This document shows positions 1 to 13,455 of a stretch of DNA of 64,000 nt, piece by piece. The number at the start of each line of letters is the position of its first letter. Position 1 is the stretch's first letter. Under the pieces are notes generated by a model that saw nothing but the letters and a program-made list of their open reading frames with translations, made no database searches and was not told where the DNA came from. The DNA is from Lepidodermella squamata (lineage: Eukaryota > Animalia > Gastrotricha), in contig JBLDXI010000042.1 of NCBI GenBank assembly GCA_047495785.1, positions 3,162,001 to 3,226,000 on the forward strand, read 5' to 3'. Made by a program: the position numbers and the translations under genes.

Positions 1-3000
1 TTCCGCTTCCGACGCCGTGATGGCTTGATCCGGATAACGCGGCTAGGCGAGGATGAACAACTGCAGAAGAATGAAACAATTATAAACCATCCTCGTAAAA
101 AAAATCACCCAAAATAAGTAAAAACTTGACACCGCAACCGAGGTCTAAATTTTGACAAAACCACGTTTTTCAATGGTTAAAGGTTGAAAAAAATTATTAC
201 GAAAACTCTGCAAAATTCTGTAAAATTAGAAAAAGAGGAGCAAGGTGAGCCCTCATTTTTCTTCAATTTTTGAAAAATTTAGGAATTTTTAACTGATTTT
301 TGGCAATCTAAAAAATGTTTGCCTCACTTGGGACAATTAGTGGGTAATTTTGGAATCCTATTTGCATATGCAACGGCCTTAACAGTTACGAAATTCATCC
401 ATGATAATGATAATCGGTTCCAATTTAATAAAAATTCCACATTTTCAATTTTCAAAAATTCTAACAAAATTCGCTCCGAGAAGAATTAAATCCTTCTTAC
501 CCTATTATTACTCCAATATTACCCTAATAACCCGATTTCATCTATTTTATCTCAACTTCAGATTGATGCCCTAATTGAACTCTCTGTCAGAATAGATTTT
601 TTCCTTAGATTTCAGAGAAAGTAACGGCTGCTCCAATCCCCTTGACTTCAACCTCAAACAAAAACTGATGAGACGGAGAATTTTGCACAAAAATGTCCAT
701 GCTTCCATAGTCCAACCCTGAATCATCAATCATCTGCAAAGCCAAAAGTGTCCAAGGTTACCCTGCTCAAAATTAACCTATGTTATGGTCCTGTTTTGAG
801 GGACAAAAATTATGAAAACTCAAGAAAAATTCAACCGCATAATGAATACAAATTTTCAGCAGACCTCTCTAAAATTCTTAGGATTTTTACTACTCGAGAA
901 ACTTACTCGTTGGTTGGCTTGATCGAATCTGTAATTCACTCGCCAGCTCAGCCAAAGCCATTTTATCATCGAAATCATCCTCATTAATGAACGAATTCTG
1001 CTCCAAACCCTGACCGCCCTCAGTTCGATCCGTATCCCCACCAACAGTCGACCTATCATCTTCAATGCCGCTCGGTTCTCCCAACAAATTAGCCGGCAAT
1101 GGAATTTGCATCTCACTTTCTTCGTTCTGAATCAACGAAATGTCCCGAGTTTGATCGCCCAGTTCAACCTTCAGCTCCTCGGTGAGCGATCGCAGCGTCT
1201 CAGCGTCGTTTTCCTCAAGCTCCCCGTCATCGTCATCATCATCGTCAACAATCGTACTCTGACGCGATTGCCGGTGAAAATTAGGCGCGGCTGATGACGA
1301 TTGCGGCCGCGGGGTTGTTGATTTTTCAACAATTTCCGGCAACAAGTTGTTCAGCTGAGATTTAGTGCCACTATTGTTAGATCTCGCCGACGCCAGCGCG
1401 TTACTCTGCGTCGCTAAGCGCCCGCAAAACCCCGCCTCGCCATCGTCATCGTCGTCCGACGACGAGCACAGCTCGCTGTTATTGAGCAAACTCTCGCCGC
1501 TCGGCTTGCTGCTATCGATTTTACCCGGCGACATTTCCTGGCGACTCGACGCCCGCCACGCTTCAATCGATTGCTGTAACGGGGTTCGAGGTTGAGCATA
1601 ACCGTGCCGCTGCGCCGCTGAAGAGGGTCGAGGGGACGGCACGACGGCTGCAGGCACCCTAGCGCGACTTATCGCACTGCCCCCAGTCACGCTTTCGACC
1701 CGCATTTCCGCCGCGGCGGCGATTCGGCCTAGAAAACCCGCACTGTTTCGCGGCGTCACGTCCTCGTCCTCGTCCAGCGACATTGTAAGACCCAACTTCC
1801 GCCTCTCCTCAGCAGTTCCGGGCCGGCTTTGAGCACTAGTTCGGCCTGATTCAATCGGCGGCTCAACTGAGCGTTGGCCCTCAGGAAATCGTAATTTCAT
1901 AACAATCGGCGGTTCGGGTTTCGCAGCGCTTTCTTCCTTCACGTCTATTGAGCTTTTAGGCGTTATTTGATCATCCTCATCTGCTGCTAACGAAACCGAG
2001 TTGAAAGGCTTCCAAGTTGCTGGGCCAATTTTATACACAGAATAACTAGTTGTGTTGAGACTAGTTGAAGGCAGGTTGTGTTTTGAGGCAGATGATGGTC
2101 GAGGCGTTTTCGGGCCCTTTTCTGGCTCTTGTTCGACCCCCATCAGAAGGAAATTGCTGACATGAGCAGGCGATGGGTCAGCCGTCTTAACCGACGATGA
2201 TTTAGACGATGGCCGCGGCTGCTCTTTAACCGCGGCTTCGGTCAAATTCGAAACGACTCGCTTCAATTCCTTACTAGGCTGAGTTGAAAGTTGGTGAGCT
2301 CTGAAAAACCGCAAAATAGTTAGTTTTCAAAGAAAATAAGGCCACCTTACCCGTATTCAGATGAAGCTTGAGCTCGGCTTTTAGTTGGCATTTTCTTCAT
2401 TTGATCGGGAGCTTTCTTTTTAGCCGATGCTGGTCGGCTGCTATTAGGCCGAGATTTCGGGGTTTGAGGCTCAACCAAAGACTGTTCTGGTTTTTCTTTG
2501 GTCTCTTCAATCTCTGTTGGTTGAGGGACCGGAGTTCGAGCGCTTTCGATCATTTCGGATAAGTCATTAATCTCAACAATTTCTTCGACTATCATACTCT
2601 CCTCCATAATTCGAGTACCGTTTTGAAGATCACTCGGTTTCTTCCCGTTATCGCAAGCTTGAATCATGATTTCATCATCAGCCAGTTCCGTGTCCAAAGC
2701 GTTTTCCCAGCGAGCACTGCCGAAAGAAACGCCACTTCCCGGTCGTCCATTCACTAGCAAGACGCCGTCATTGCCCATTCTAAGCAGTTCTTGCTCGACG
2801 TCATCGAAATCAAGATGGTCGGGTAGAGTTTCGGAAAATTCGTCAACTGAAGATTTAGTTGAAGCTAGGATAGAGCCTTCTCTGCTAGCACGTAATCGAC
2901 GGTTGCCGTTGGTACTTGGAACTGCGGGAGGTTTCGGCACGAGCGGTAAATTAGGAGGCGGTAATTCGAATCGTTTATGTTTCTAAATTAACAAAATTTC

Positions 3001-4459
3001 TGAAAGGAAAGTGTTTAATATTGAATCAATGCTTACGTTTAACAGCAGTCTATCTTTGTAAGAGATGCCAGTTGACGTGAACTGGATTTCAGCAGTTGGT
3101 TCCGCCATTGACTGATTTACATTGCCGACATCAGTGCTTGTACCACATGTAGACGTCTTCTTTTCAGAGTTTGAATTCGGGCGCATCATTAAGCCGGATA
3201 ATCGAGAATCCGACCCTGAGCTGGTTGTCGATTTGGTTGCTTGTCCGACGAGTTGGGATGCAACTGCATTCACAGCAGCTGTCCATTCATCCGCGAAACT
3301 GTTACTAACGCTATCTTCGTCGTAAGATACTGATGCAGAAGTGTGAGTCATAGTGCCACCAACTCTGGTAATTTGAGCCAAATCTGAACCTCTTTCAGTG
3401 CTCTGAGGGGAATCACTTGTAAATTTGACCCTGCCAATAAAGTTTTGCAAATAAAGTTACTTTGAAAACGAATATCGCTCACCTTTTAGCATTGGTTTTA
3501 TCGGTTTTGGCACTGACGTTTCCAGTGCTAGAGCCTGAGGGAGGACGATCGAAAGCAACTCTTGGTTGAAGAGGAATGTCAGGTTTTGGTGGTGGAGGCG
3601 CTTGGCTGACTACGACTGGGTGGTGACCGCGCAATGCTCCTCGAACGTGAAACGATGCAAAACATCCGCGACAGAAATTTTCTCCGCATTCCCGGCAATG
3701 CTGAACAATAATTTTCAACAGTAACAACTTGAACTCATCAAAAATCATCCAAACCATTGTGGCCAACTGAGTTTCACACTGTCCGCAAGACGAAGATGAG
3801 TTTTGTTGAGAGGAAGCAGCTAAAACTTTAGGATGAGGTATTGCTGATCTGCTCGCAATGTGAGCCATGGTGCCTGGGGGTGGCCGAGAGCTTGCTGATT
3901 TGGATGAAGCTGCAAGTAGATAGATGTATTGGGCGGATATACTCTACCCTAGAATAATTACCGGGTGGCGAAGGTTCGTCTTTCAGCACGGTGATTTTCT
4001 TTATCTATTGGCAATAACACAAATCGATTCAGGGTAAAATTGACCATGAACATTAATACCTTGGATAAATCAGGAGGATTGTTTTGGTTAAGAAGATTTT
4101 GAACGTGATTAGTCACAGGACCTTCAGCTCCGGAACTCCAAATTCCTCCACCAGGTGACTTCTTCCTGTAAAATAATAAACCAGAGAGAATGGCTCCGAT
4201 AGTTCGATGTGATTAGGTACTTACGCCCGTTCCTCTTTTTCGATCTCTAGAGCTAACTTCAGCTCTTGCAGGCGTTCTTCCATTTTCTTCTTCTCGTTTT
4301 CTAGCTGTTTCGTTTTTAGCTGCATTTCTTTCGTGTCCCTGCGGAAAATATTTCATGCATATCGGGTGGATAAGCACTCCGTGGTCAAACAAACTGTAAG
4401 CTCTTCAATTTTGTTACTCCATCGTCTTTTTTGAACTGCTTGTTGAATCCAAAAGACAT
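1..4459 (-). CDS. ZBBX: Zinc finger B-box domain-containing protein (ZBBX); multi-exon, 3' end continues beyond the left edge
   Basis: ATG at 4459 (MSFGFNKQFKK). Then a coiled coil (TKQLENEKKKMEERLQELKLALEIEKEER), a GIWSSG motif, the B-box CGQCE...CRECGENFCRGCFASFHVRGALRGHH (ORF 3479-3868 with one intron) and an ISYKDRLLL motif. Long S/P/E-rich exons follow (ORFs 2347-2940, 890-2314). The donor at 906 joins in phase to an open exon at 60-1. Confidence 0.85.
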
Positions 4460-4909
4460 CTTGAAGCAGTGAAAATGACTACGAAAGAAAGTTGATGCTA
4501 TCAGATTTCTTTACCGCAAAAGATTAGTAAAAAGGCTACGAAAGAGTCCCAGAATTACTGCTGGAGCCAATAACACAGAATTTCCCATAACCCACAGTGG
4601 AGGTGTGTGACAAATTTAGGTTCCTATTTCTCCGCCTGCCTTAGCACCCGTTCCCACCCAAGTCAACGACGCTGGAGGCCATTGCAATTATGAGCTCAAG
4701 GACGAATAATATCGACAGTGCAATTGGTGAGCTTTCACGAGATCACGGGCTCGGAGGCTCGGCGTATTCCCATTCCCATGTATTTCAGCTGTGTTACTCA
4801 GGACGCGCCGCGAAACTATGAAATTATTTTTGTCACATTTATTTTGTAATTTTTATAAATTGATAATAAATAATTACTTCAATTATTTTTGCAAATTTTT
4901 AATTTATTT

Positions 4910-4923
4910 GCGTCCTTAGCGAC
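4910..4923. promoter_or_regulatory. RFX X-box-like motif in the ZBBX/FHAD1 bidirectional promoter
   Basis: GCGTCCTTAGCGAC (reverse complement GTCGCTAAGGACGC) directly after an AT-rich tract of about 90 nt, between two head-to-head ciliary genes. It matches the motif at 44284 at 12 of 14 positions. Confidence 0.55.
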
Positions 4924-5058
4924 GGAAGAGCAAAACACGGTGAGCTGGTAATTGTGGTATGTGCTCATGTCGCTATTCCGAGTCTTGTGTTAGGTCTTTT
5001 GATGATTCCTCATGTGCAACCTTGCAATCATTTGTATTCGATATTTTTCATTTAGGTA

Positions 5059-8000
5059 ATGGTAGCCGGATTTTTAAAATCCAATCGTGGACTTTTCCGG
5101 CTTGGTCCTAAAATTACCACAGTTGGCCGAGAGGGATGTGACCTTGTCATCCAGGTATGTTCTTCAACTATAACCGTTTTGTTTCAGTCTAATTTTGTTT
5201 TACCCTTCAGTCGGCGGATGTCGATCAGCAACATTCGCTTATTGAATACAGCGATACCCAGCGCTGTTTTGTGCTTCAAGATCTAAATACTGCTAATGGT
5301 ACTTATGTCAACGATTGTCGCGTTCAAAATGCTGCTGTTAGACTTGCTCCGGGCGACGTCATTCGGTTTGGTCTTACTAGTTTGCCTTATGAACTTGTTG
5401 TCGAATTTCCTGGCGATCAAGTTGCGCGGGTAAATGATCTATTTCTAGCTAAAATTTGACGATTACTGTGGAAATATAATTACAGGCAATTGACACATCA
5501 CAGCCGAACATATGGCAGGCCATGTCAGGATCACCCCAACCACAAATCGGTTCAAACCCTGCCATGACTGCTCCTGCCCCTCCAGCTCAACCTCCACCTT
5601 CACAACCGCGGCCGGCTTGGCAAACTTTGAATGTGCCCAAGTCTTTGCCTCAACCGACACAAACTCTTCGATCGCGTCCTCTCAGCGCGGAAACATTGCT
5701 ACAGAGGCAGAAAGAATCTCCGCCGATTCTTCAACCCGGTCATCGATGTAAGCGATTTATCTTTGATTTTAATTAAAATGTATTCTATATCAATTCTCTC
5801 ATTAGTTGCTAGCAGTGTCCCGACGTCGGAGGCTGGAAATAAGGTAAGGAAACAATGCTACTAAAAATATTTACCGAAAATGATAAATTAATTTATCAAA
5901 TCAGCGAGTCAGAAAAGTTACATTTAAAGCTACAAAGCAGAAGAAAAATGGTACCATTAAGAAAGTCCAAGCTAGCTCATCTGCCATGAGTGTGAGTGGG
6001 CAAAGTTAATCAGAACAGCTGCACTTGAATCTTCCTTGATTAATTATTTTATGTTGAAAATTTTCCAAACCACATACATAACCGAATACAGAGCATTAAT
6101 TTTAGTTTTATGGCGCAAATTATCAACAGCTGCACACTAGCAAAATCAAAATATCAACAGTGAATGATTGCGTTCTTCTTTTTTCAGAGCGATGATAGCG
6201 TGGCGGTTTCCAGTGGCGGACAAACATATCGCATTCAAAGTCCGATAACAAATGCCGAGCAAGAGTTAGCTAGGCGAGATGCTGTGGTGAACCAATTCCG
6301 TGATGAAATTAACGAACTGAAGCAGAGACTACAAAACGTCCTAACAGCTACAGCTGGAGGTCAAGTCGACTTGGTTCAAAGATACTGCCAACTGGAGAGT
6401 GAGCTGTCTTCAAAATCCCTCGAAGCTACTTGCTTGCGAGAGCAAGTCACTCGTCTCAGACTTCAGGGTGAAGGTCCGGTGCACTATAAGCAAGAGCTGA
6501 GCGAGCGTGTCCAAGAGCTTCAAAGCTTGAAGTCAGAGCTCGAGCGAATAAAGAAGGACAAAAACATAACTGCTGGACTGCTGAGCCAGGTGCAAAAAGA
6601 TTTAGCTGGCAAGGATACAACCATCAGTAGACTCACGAGAGAAATCGAGAACCTCAAGCGAGAGCTAAGGGAAAAAGATGTGCAGCTATCTTCTCTAGGA
6701 AGCAAGGTTCGTTTAAGCAACCATGTTTTGCAATGAAATCTCAGCTTTATATTATTTATTAATATACATTGTTTAACTTACCGCAAATAGCCTCTAACTC
6801 CCCAACCTCCTTCGCCCAAGATGTGTGAACGTTACGCTAAACATCACCATCTACCTGTTGATGAATTTTATGGCGTTGAAGCACTAGGTGCTAGTAACAA
6901 ATCATCGCCTATAAATCGGGGTAATCACCCTGCGTCAGCCCCATCCCGTTACTTGGGTGCTGCCGTCACGGCACCCATGTCATCAAGTCAGAATCAACCT
7001 GAACAGGTTCCGAGCGCAATAGATTACTACTATCAATATGTCCGATTTGACACGAATAGTAACAATGTAAATCACTCGTGTTAACCGTATATCAATGAAT
7101 GTTCATGAATGTCAATGGTCTTACCAATGTGGTTACGAAAACGTGTTTTGGTGGTGCCTGTCTTGTTCTAAAATTATGTTTTTAACCTCATTTTAACCCT
7201 CTCTTTTGTTTTCCAGTTTCAAAAGATGAAAGAGCTGAAGAACATGGAGGAGGAACGAGAAGCTCGTGAAAAGGAGTTGATTTCGTTGCGAGAACAGTTC
7301 AAATTGGCCGAAAATCGTCTCCAGCAGCAATTCGACGAAATCGCTGGACTGAAAAGCGAACTCGATAAACACAAAAAGGAAGCTGTTTCTCTTCGAGATA
7401 ACGAGAAGAAAGCCGTGAAAGACCTTGAAAAACTCAAGGAGCAAGTCGGCGAGTCTCAGCGGTTAGAGACCCAAACTAGAGCTGATCTACGAGCCGTTGA
7501 AGCCAAGGTAAAAATGATTATTTTCTGGGCTGAGACAATTATAATGGAAATAAACTTTTAGCTTGAGCGGCTAAGAAGTCGCACAGTTCAATTGCTATCA
7601 ACATCCGGGACCTGGGCGGCAGTTAACGCTGGTCCGATAAGCGACGAGGCTTTGATTGATCAGTTGGTAAAGGTGATCGATGCTGAGGCTGATGCTCGTC
7701 GCCAGGTCAAAACAGCAACTGAAGACGGCATGCGAGCTGGTGCTCGGAAAGAGCGAGACACAATCAGCAGCGCAGTTACCAAAATAACAAAAGCCGCGGC
7801 TGATTCTGAGGTAACATCCAACTCCTCAACTGGGAGCGCTAGCCGCGTTATGTTACATAGTACCCAGCCTACAACAGTTCGAAAGTCATCAACCGTAAAA
7901 TAACGCAAAATTGACTGAAAAATTCGCTATCCAGTCTTCCGTTGATTTGAGATTTTTCAACTAATTTCCACCACTGCTAAATAGTCCTAGGACTCGGGTA

Positions 8001-11000
8001 TGAGCAGAAAGGCAGTTGGTGAAAACGTCAGGTTTGTCTTTGATTTTCCAAAAAAAGGCGGCGGTTTTGTCAAAGCTTTATCTCCACCTTGTGAAACGTT
8101 TTAGTTTTGCGTTATAAAAAATCTGCAGTTACCTGAGTCCTCGGAAAATTTAGAAAGACAAATCACGATATTAACAAGAAAGCTTTCTGCTTGACAGCTA
8201 GAATAATTTTGTTGTTAGAAATGCACGAAAAATTGCTTATAATATTTTCAAAAATACTAATTAATATTGTGTTGTATGTGTTTTTGCACTTTTTCTCGAA
8301 GAAAATCAAGTCGGGCAATTTTTGTGAGTTAAGCACCCCGTATTCGAGCAAGTTTGCTGCCTCTTTCTACTACACTGGCGGAGACTACTAATTTATGTTT
8401 ATATGATGTAGACCGTGTAATCAGAGAAGCAGCATCAATAAAGTGCTCACTATTTTTTGTTCAGTTTACACCTGTTTTCAGTTTAATCTGAGAGTAGAAC
8501 CTGGTAACTGCCGATTTTTTACGCAAGAGTTTACGTTTATTTTCAATAAAGGAAGTGTGATTTGTCTTTCTACTATAATAAATGAACCGCCGCTGGGAAA
8601 TCAAAGTCACTGCCGGAAAAAATTCTGATAAATCCCGATTTTTTGTTACATTTAAACACCCTATTATTTCGCATCAGGATCGGCTATCACGCGGGCGTCG
8701 TTCTATCAAAGAGCTGCAAGCTGAATACGACGCTTTGCAAAGCGTATCGGCCGACGATGAAATCGCCCTGCCGGTTAAACGCGTCATTCTCGACTCTATC
8801 AGCAATCAAATTAACCGTGCTAAACTCGTCTCGCGATCCCTCATCGAAATCGGCTTTGTTACCGATGAAAATTCAGGTGAGTGGCCCATTTCACATAATA
8901 AAAAATTAAATTAAAATTAAATTAAAAAATTAAAAAATTATCATAATTTATGAAAATTAAATTGTGCGAAATTGAATTATTCAGAATTTTTTTTTGACTT
9001 TTTGTCATTTTTTATTAAATGATGGGCAATAAATAACGCTTTGATTGTTTTGAATAGACTTCCTGGATGCGCTAAATAAACGTTTGGAGATGAATGCGAA
9101 ACGCATCGCTGAGCTGGAAAGCGAGGTGAAAGCTGGGCAGACGCGACTGACCGACGCGGTAAATGCCGTCTCGACGCAACACCGCGAAGAATTGGAGCAA
9201 CTGCGGCAAAAACACGAGCGCGAGCTGAAAGAAGCCTCAGAATCGGCACGCATTGAAAGTAAGGAAAACATATGCCCGCCTAGCAACGCTATTGAGAGCG
9301 CGTAAATTTCGGAAAAAATCTTAACGGGGGGTATTTTCGAGTGCGACTGAAAACTAGATACATTTTTGCTCCTCTTCACGTTGTTTTTGCTACCTCAATT
9401 TCGCAGGTGAAAAGCATTTCAAATCGATCATCGACCAGCTTAATGCCGATTTGAATAAGCACGACGCGAGCAGCCAGGGCCGCATCTCGCAACTGACGGA
9501 GCTTGTTGAAACACAGGGCCGTGAAATTGGCGGTCTGAAAGAGGTAAAAAAAATGAATAAATAATTGATGACAACATCATGTTGTTGTTTTGCCGTATAC
9601 TAATAGGATCTGCGCATCAAAACTGCTGAATTTGAGGCGCAAATAAACCTCGCCGTCGAGCAGGTCAAGTTGTCATCGGCAGCCAGTGCCTCGGAGTTGG
9701 AAGCCGGGTTACGACACCAGATTGCCGAGTTGAGCGACGCGTTGAACGCCGAGCGGCAAGCAGCGGCTCAACGCGACGGGCAAACTGGGCACGATTTAGA
9801 CAGCTACAAGGAACAAATTCGCCAGCACGCGCTAACAATAGCTGCGATGGAAGAGCGAATTTCGAAATTGACGAAAAAGAACAAAGAGTACAGCGCAGAT
9901 GTCGATAAATTGAACAAGGAACTGCTGGGTAAAAATTGATACGAAAAATCAGGAAAATTGGAAAATATTTCTAAAAATTCCTAGAATGGAGAGGAAAAGC
10001 CGAAAAACGGCCATCAAGCCCAGTTCGTAGGAAACCTGATCCAGCATTCGAGGAAGCGGTCGCAGTCCTAAAGTAAAAAAATCCTAAAAAATTACAAAAA
10101 ATCCTAATTTTTTCCCTAAATCAGGCGCGAAAATATCGAACTTCGATCTCAAATCGGTGAATACCAGCAGAAGATTTCGAGCTTGCAACGGGATCTGGCT
10201 GGTGCAGCTGCTCGATTGTCCGATATGACGGGCGAGTTGAGCGAGGCTCAAAAACTCGAAATGGAGCGATGCAAGCAATTGGCGGAAAAACGCGGCGCTG
10301 ATCTCGAAACAACTCGTGACCAACTCGCTAAATTATCGACCATTGTAGATAAATTGAAAGCTGAACTCGAAACTGTCAAGACCGAGAATCGAAATTTGAA
10401 GCATTCGTCAGACAAATTGTCACGTGACTGCGGCGAGCGGGACAAGGCTATTTTAGAGCTGAGGGAGCATTTAGCTGCTACTCAGGACAAAATGCGGCAA
10501 CAGGTTGAGAAAATCGAGGATGAAGGCAAAAATCGGGCTGATTTGGTTCAGCTCGGAATGCAGTGCCGCGGCGAACGACATGAACAAATTATCATCAGAC
10601 AAAGAGAAGCTCTTGCTGAACTTAGAACTCGAATTCGCCAACTCGAGCAAAATAAACTTCCAAGTAAGTTTCGATTGAAATATTTCCAAATGAAAACTCG
10701 GGTTGGTTTGAATTATTGAAAGCTGATAGCTGATAATTAAAATAGCACAAATTGAAAATTATTTTTTTCAACATTTTATAATTTTTCAAGAAGTATTTAA
10801 AAAATTGATTTTCAGTAATTTATCAAGATTTTTAGGAATTTAAAATTCAAGAATTTGGGAACTTTTTAAGAAATATTTTCAAAAATGATTTAAAAAAATT
10901 TAAATATTAAAAAAAAACATTTTTTCACTTTCGGCTGTGTTTAAAATGTGTGTAATTATTATTAAGATGGGTATCAAATCGTACCCAAACGTCCTCCCGA

Positions 11001-12803
11001 TGTACCTGCACCTCCTTATAGTGCCAAACCTCCACGTAAGAATCGGTTTCTCGGAGTGTCCCTTTATGTTTTGTGTTTCAATTTTTATGCTTGCTTGATG
11101 GAAGAAATTCATCTTTATTTGCATGACGTTTTATTCCTTGATTTTTTACCGAAATTGTTTACAATTTTTTTCCGATTTTATTTCTAGTTGTGCCGACTAC
11201 CGACGCTGCTTTCCACCAGATTCAAATGCTGAAGAAAGAAGTAGCCGATTTGAGGACAAGCCAAGCAATAACCGATTCAACGCTTCACGACGACGCTATG
11301 CAGACAGGCGATGCAATTGTAAATGCTCAGCGGATGATGGCTAATTACGAGGCGCAGTTGGAGGCCGAGCGGACTGCGACCCGTGAACTGCGGCGAACTG
11401 TCGATAAGAGCGAGTTCACGTATGCCGAACTTGTATCCGGCGCTGCGTGCAACCTTGAGCTCGACCAAATCGTTGGCAATCGAACAATCGCCGATCTGCC
11501 GCCCGATGAACAGGAGAAGCTGTGCCGGCAGCGGCATGACATGCTCGAGGCAATTATTGCGCGCATTCGCTCGCTCAAAGAACGCGTCGCGCGTAAAGAC
11601 GAGTTGTTGAAGAACTACGAGGTTGATTTGGCGAAGATCAGCCAACTTAAAGATCTTACGGCGAAGAAGGACGAGCAGATCAAGCAGTTGCTGCGCGAGA
11701 TTCGTGGCAAAATCGAGGAGAACGAGTTTTTGCGCGAGAATCTCGATCGCACGAAAAATCGTTTCGAACAGGAGAAACGCGTGAACTCGGCGATAAAGTC
11801 CAAAAAGGTGAGATTTTACAGATTTAAAATGATTTTTTTCCAAGTAATATTTTTCCAAGGTATCTCATAATATAAAATAAAATTTGGAAAATTTACAAAA
11901 TTTAATAATATTAAAATTCGTTTTTTTCAAATTCGATATAAAGCGATCTCAGCAGAACAAAATCGGAAAATTTGGCATTGTTAGAGTAATATGGAGCTTG
12001 GAGCTTTAGCCATAAGGGATAGATTATGTAACAGTATTTACACATGGTGGATTGTAATTACCTGGTTTCATTTGGGCTATTTTAGTTCGAAATTTTCTAT
12101 TCGAAGCCATTTCAAAATTTGAAAAATTTGAAAAAATGTCAGCTTTAAGGTGGATTTTTCCAATTTTTCCGATTATTTGCGATTTCGACTTTTGATCAAT
12201 ATTGAAGCCATTGAACCAAGGGTTTTTGTTACCAACTGCTTGGTAGAAATTTGTTCAACCTGCTGATATCGGAAAAATCACTGATTTTCAAAATCGATAA
12301 TTGGAATCGATATCGGCTATTAAGGCTTGAAGTGAACGCTGATAGCGCAAAATACGGATGATATTGAGATTCCGGCTGGGCTTCATTGAAAAATTGAGAT
12401 TCTAGGGAAAAACTTATTTTTTTCAAAAATGATTGGCGGAACCCTAATTTTAGGGTCTCCAATTTCATTTGTATTGTGGGTTTGAAATAACTTTGATTTT
12501 TTTCAGACTCTTCATCTGGAAAACGATCCTTACTTTGCTCACTCCTACCCGAAACACTCGTGTACAGCGCCAGATCCGCGGCTTAAGGCGGCTGAGAAGA
12601 AGCGAGGCGAGTCAGATCGGCTGAAGAAGAAACAGTTCGAAGTCGCGGCGTTGAAAGTTGAACTCGAAGAACGGCAACGGCAACTCGATGACACGACGCT
12701 CCGGTTGCACCAGCTGCAGACCGGCATTGGCCCGGTTGGCGTTAGCACCATTGACGATGACGATGACGCGGCGCTGAACGGCCGTGGCGACCTGTCACCA
12801 TAG
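5059..12803 (+). CDS. FHAD1: Forkhead-associated domain-containing protein 1 (FHA domain + long coiled coil), multi-exon
   Basis: Spliced N-terminus MVAGFLKSNRGLFRLGPKITTVGREGCDLVIQ|SADVDQQHSLIEY...FVLQDLNTANGTYVNDCRVQNAAVRLAPGDVIRFG is an FHA domain. Coiled-coil exons contain the FHAD1-type motif CRGERHEQIIIRQREALAELRTRIRQLE. The last exon (12507-12803) ends in TAG. Confidence 0.88.
7977..8153. repeat. Inverted repeat (about 32-bp arms) in an FHAD1 intron, probably a MITE remnant
   Basis: Left arm CTAAATAGTCCTAGGACTCGGGTATGAGCAGA versus reverse complement of the right arm CTAAATTTTCCGAGGACTCAGGTAACTGCAGA. Confidence 0.6.
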
Positions 12804-13455
12804 ACTGTTTTTATTGCATTTTTCTAGGCTAGTCTTTTCAAGTTGAACATGAAACGAGACTATGATGGATCTGCACTCTTCTTATGCATTCCTTTTCGTA
12901 ACAACGAAGGTGTAAATAGCTTTATTTAAATGTTTTTTGCGACTATAAATTATATTATATATTTCCAACGTCTTGTGATGAAAAAATTGTGATCCTGATT
13001 CTTTCGATTAGTTACAAGATTTCTTGCCAGTTTTCCAGCAGCTTTAGAACACAGTTTTTAGACATCGAAACTCAGGGCAAAATGCCGATTTGTTACTATA
13101 GATTTTTCAAACCCTGTAGCTTTTGGTTATTCTTTGAAAAATATTATATGTTTTTTTCTCTGAAAGAAAATTGAATAAGTGATGATGATGAACTCAGGCG
13201 TGTTGCACGTTTCATCGAGTGTGCCGTATTTAACGAAAAATTATATCATTAATCGAAGAGATATTTATACTTATCGGCGGTTTAATAAAAATAATCAATT
13301 TTCACCAGGCGTATTCATTCTTTTTATTGAAATTTGTGCTTATAAATTCTAGACAGATAGGTCAGGTGTTACAAATGCAGGGATTTGGAAAGTTGAGCAC
13401 TAATAGAATTATAAAATGTAACACGTCCGAAATTTCAAAATAATATTAGAACAAA

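Noticed and set aside
4930-5058. Splice acceptors just before several ATGs (FHAD1, ICMT, CTR-B, kinase), suggesting SL trans-splicing or operons
   Set aside because: Plausible upstream cis donors exist (for example GTGAGC at about 4940 and GTAAGA at about 30977), so ordinary 5' UTR introns are sufficient.
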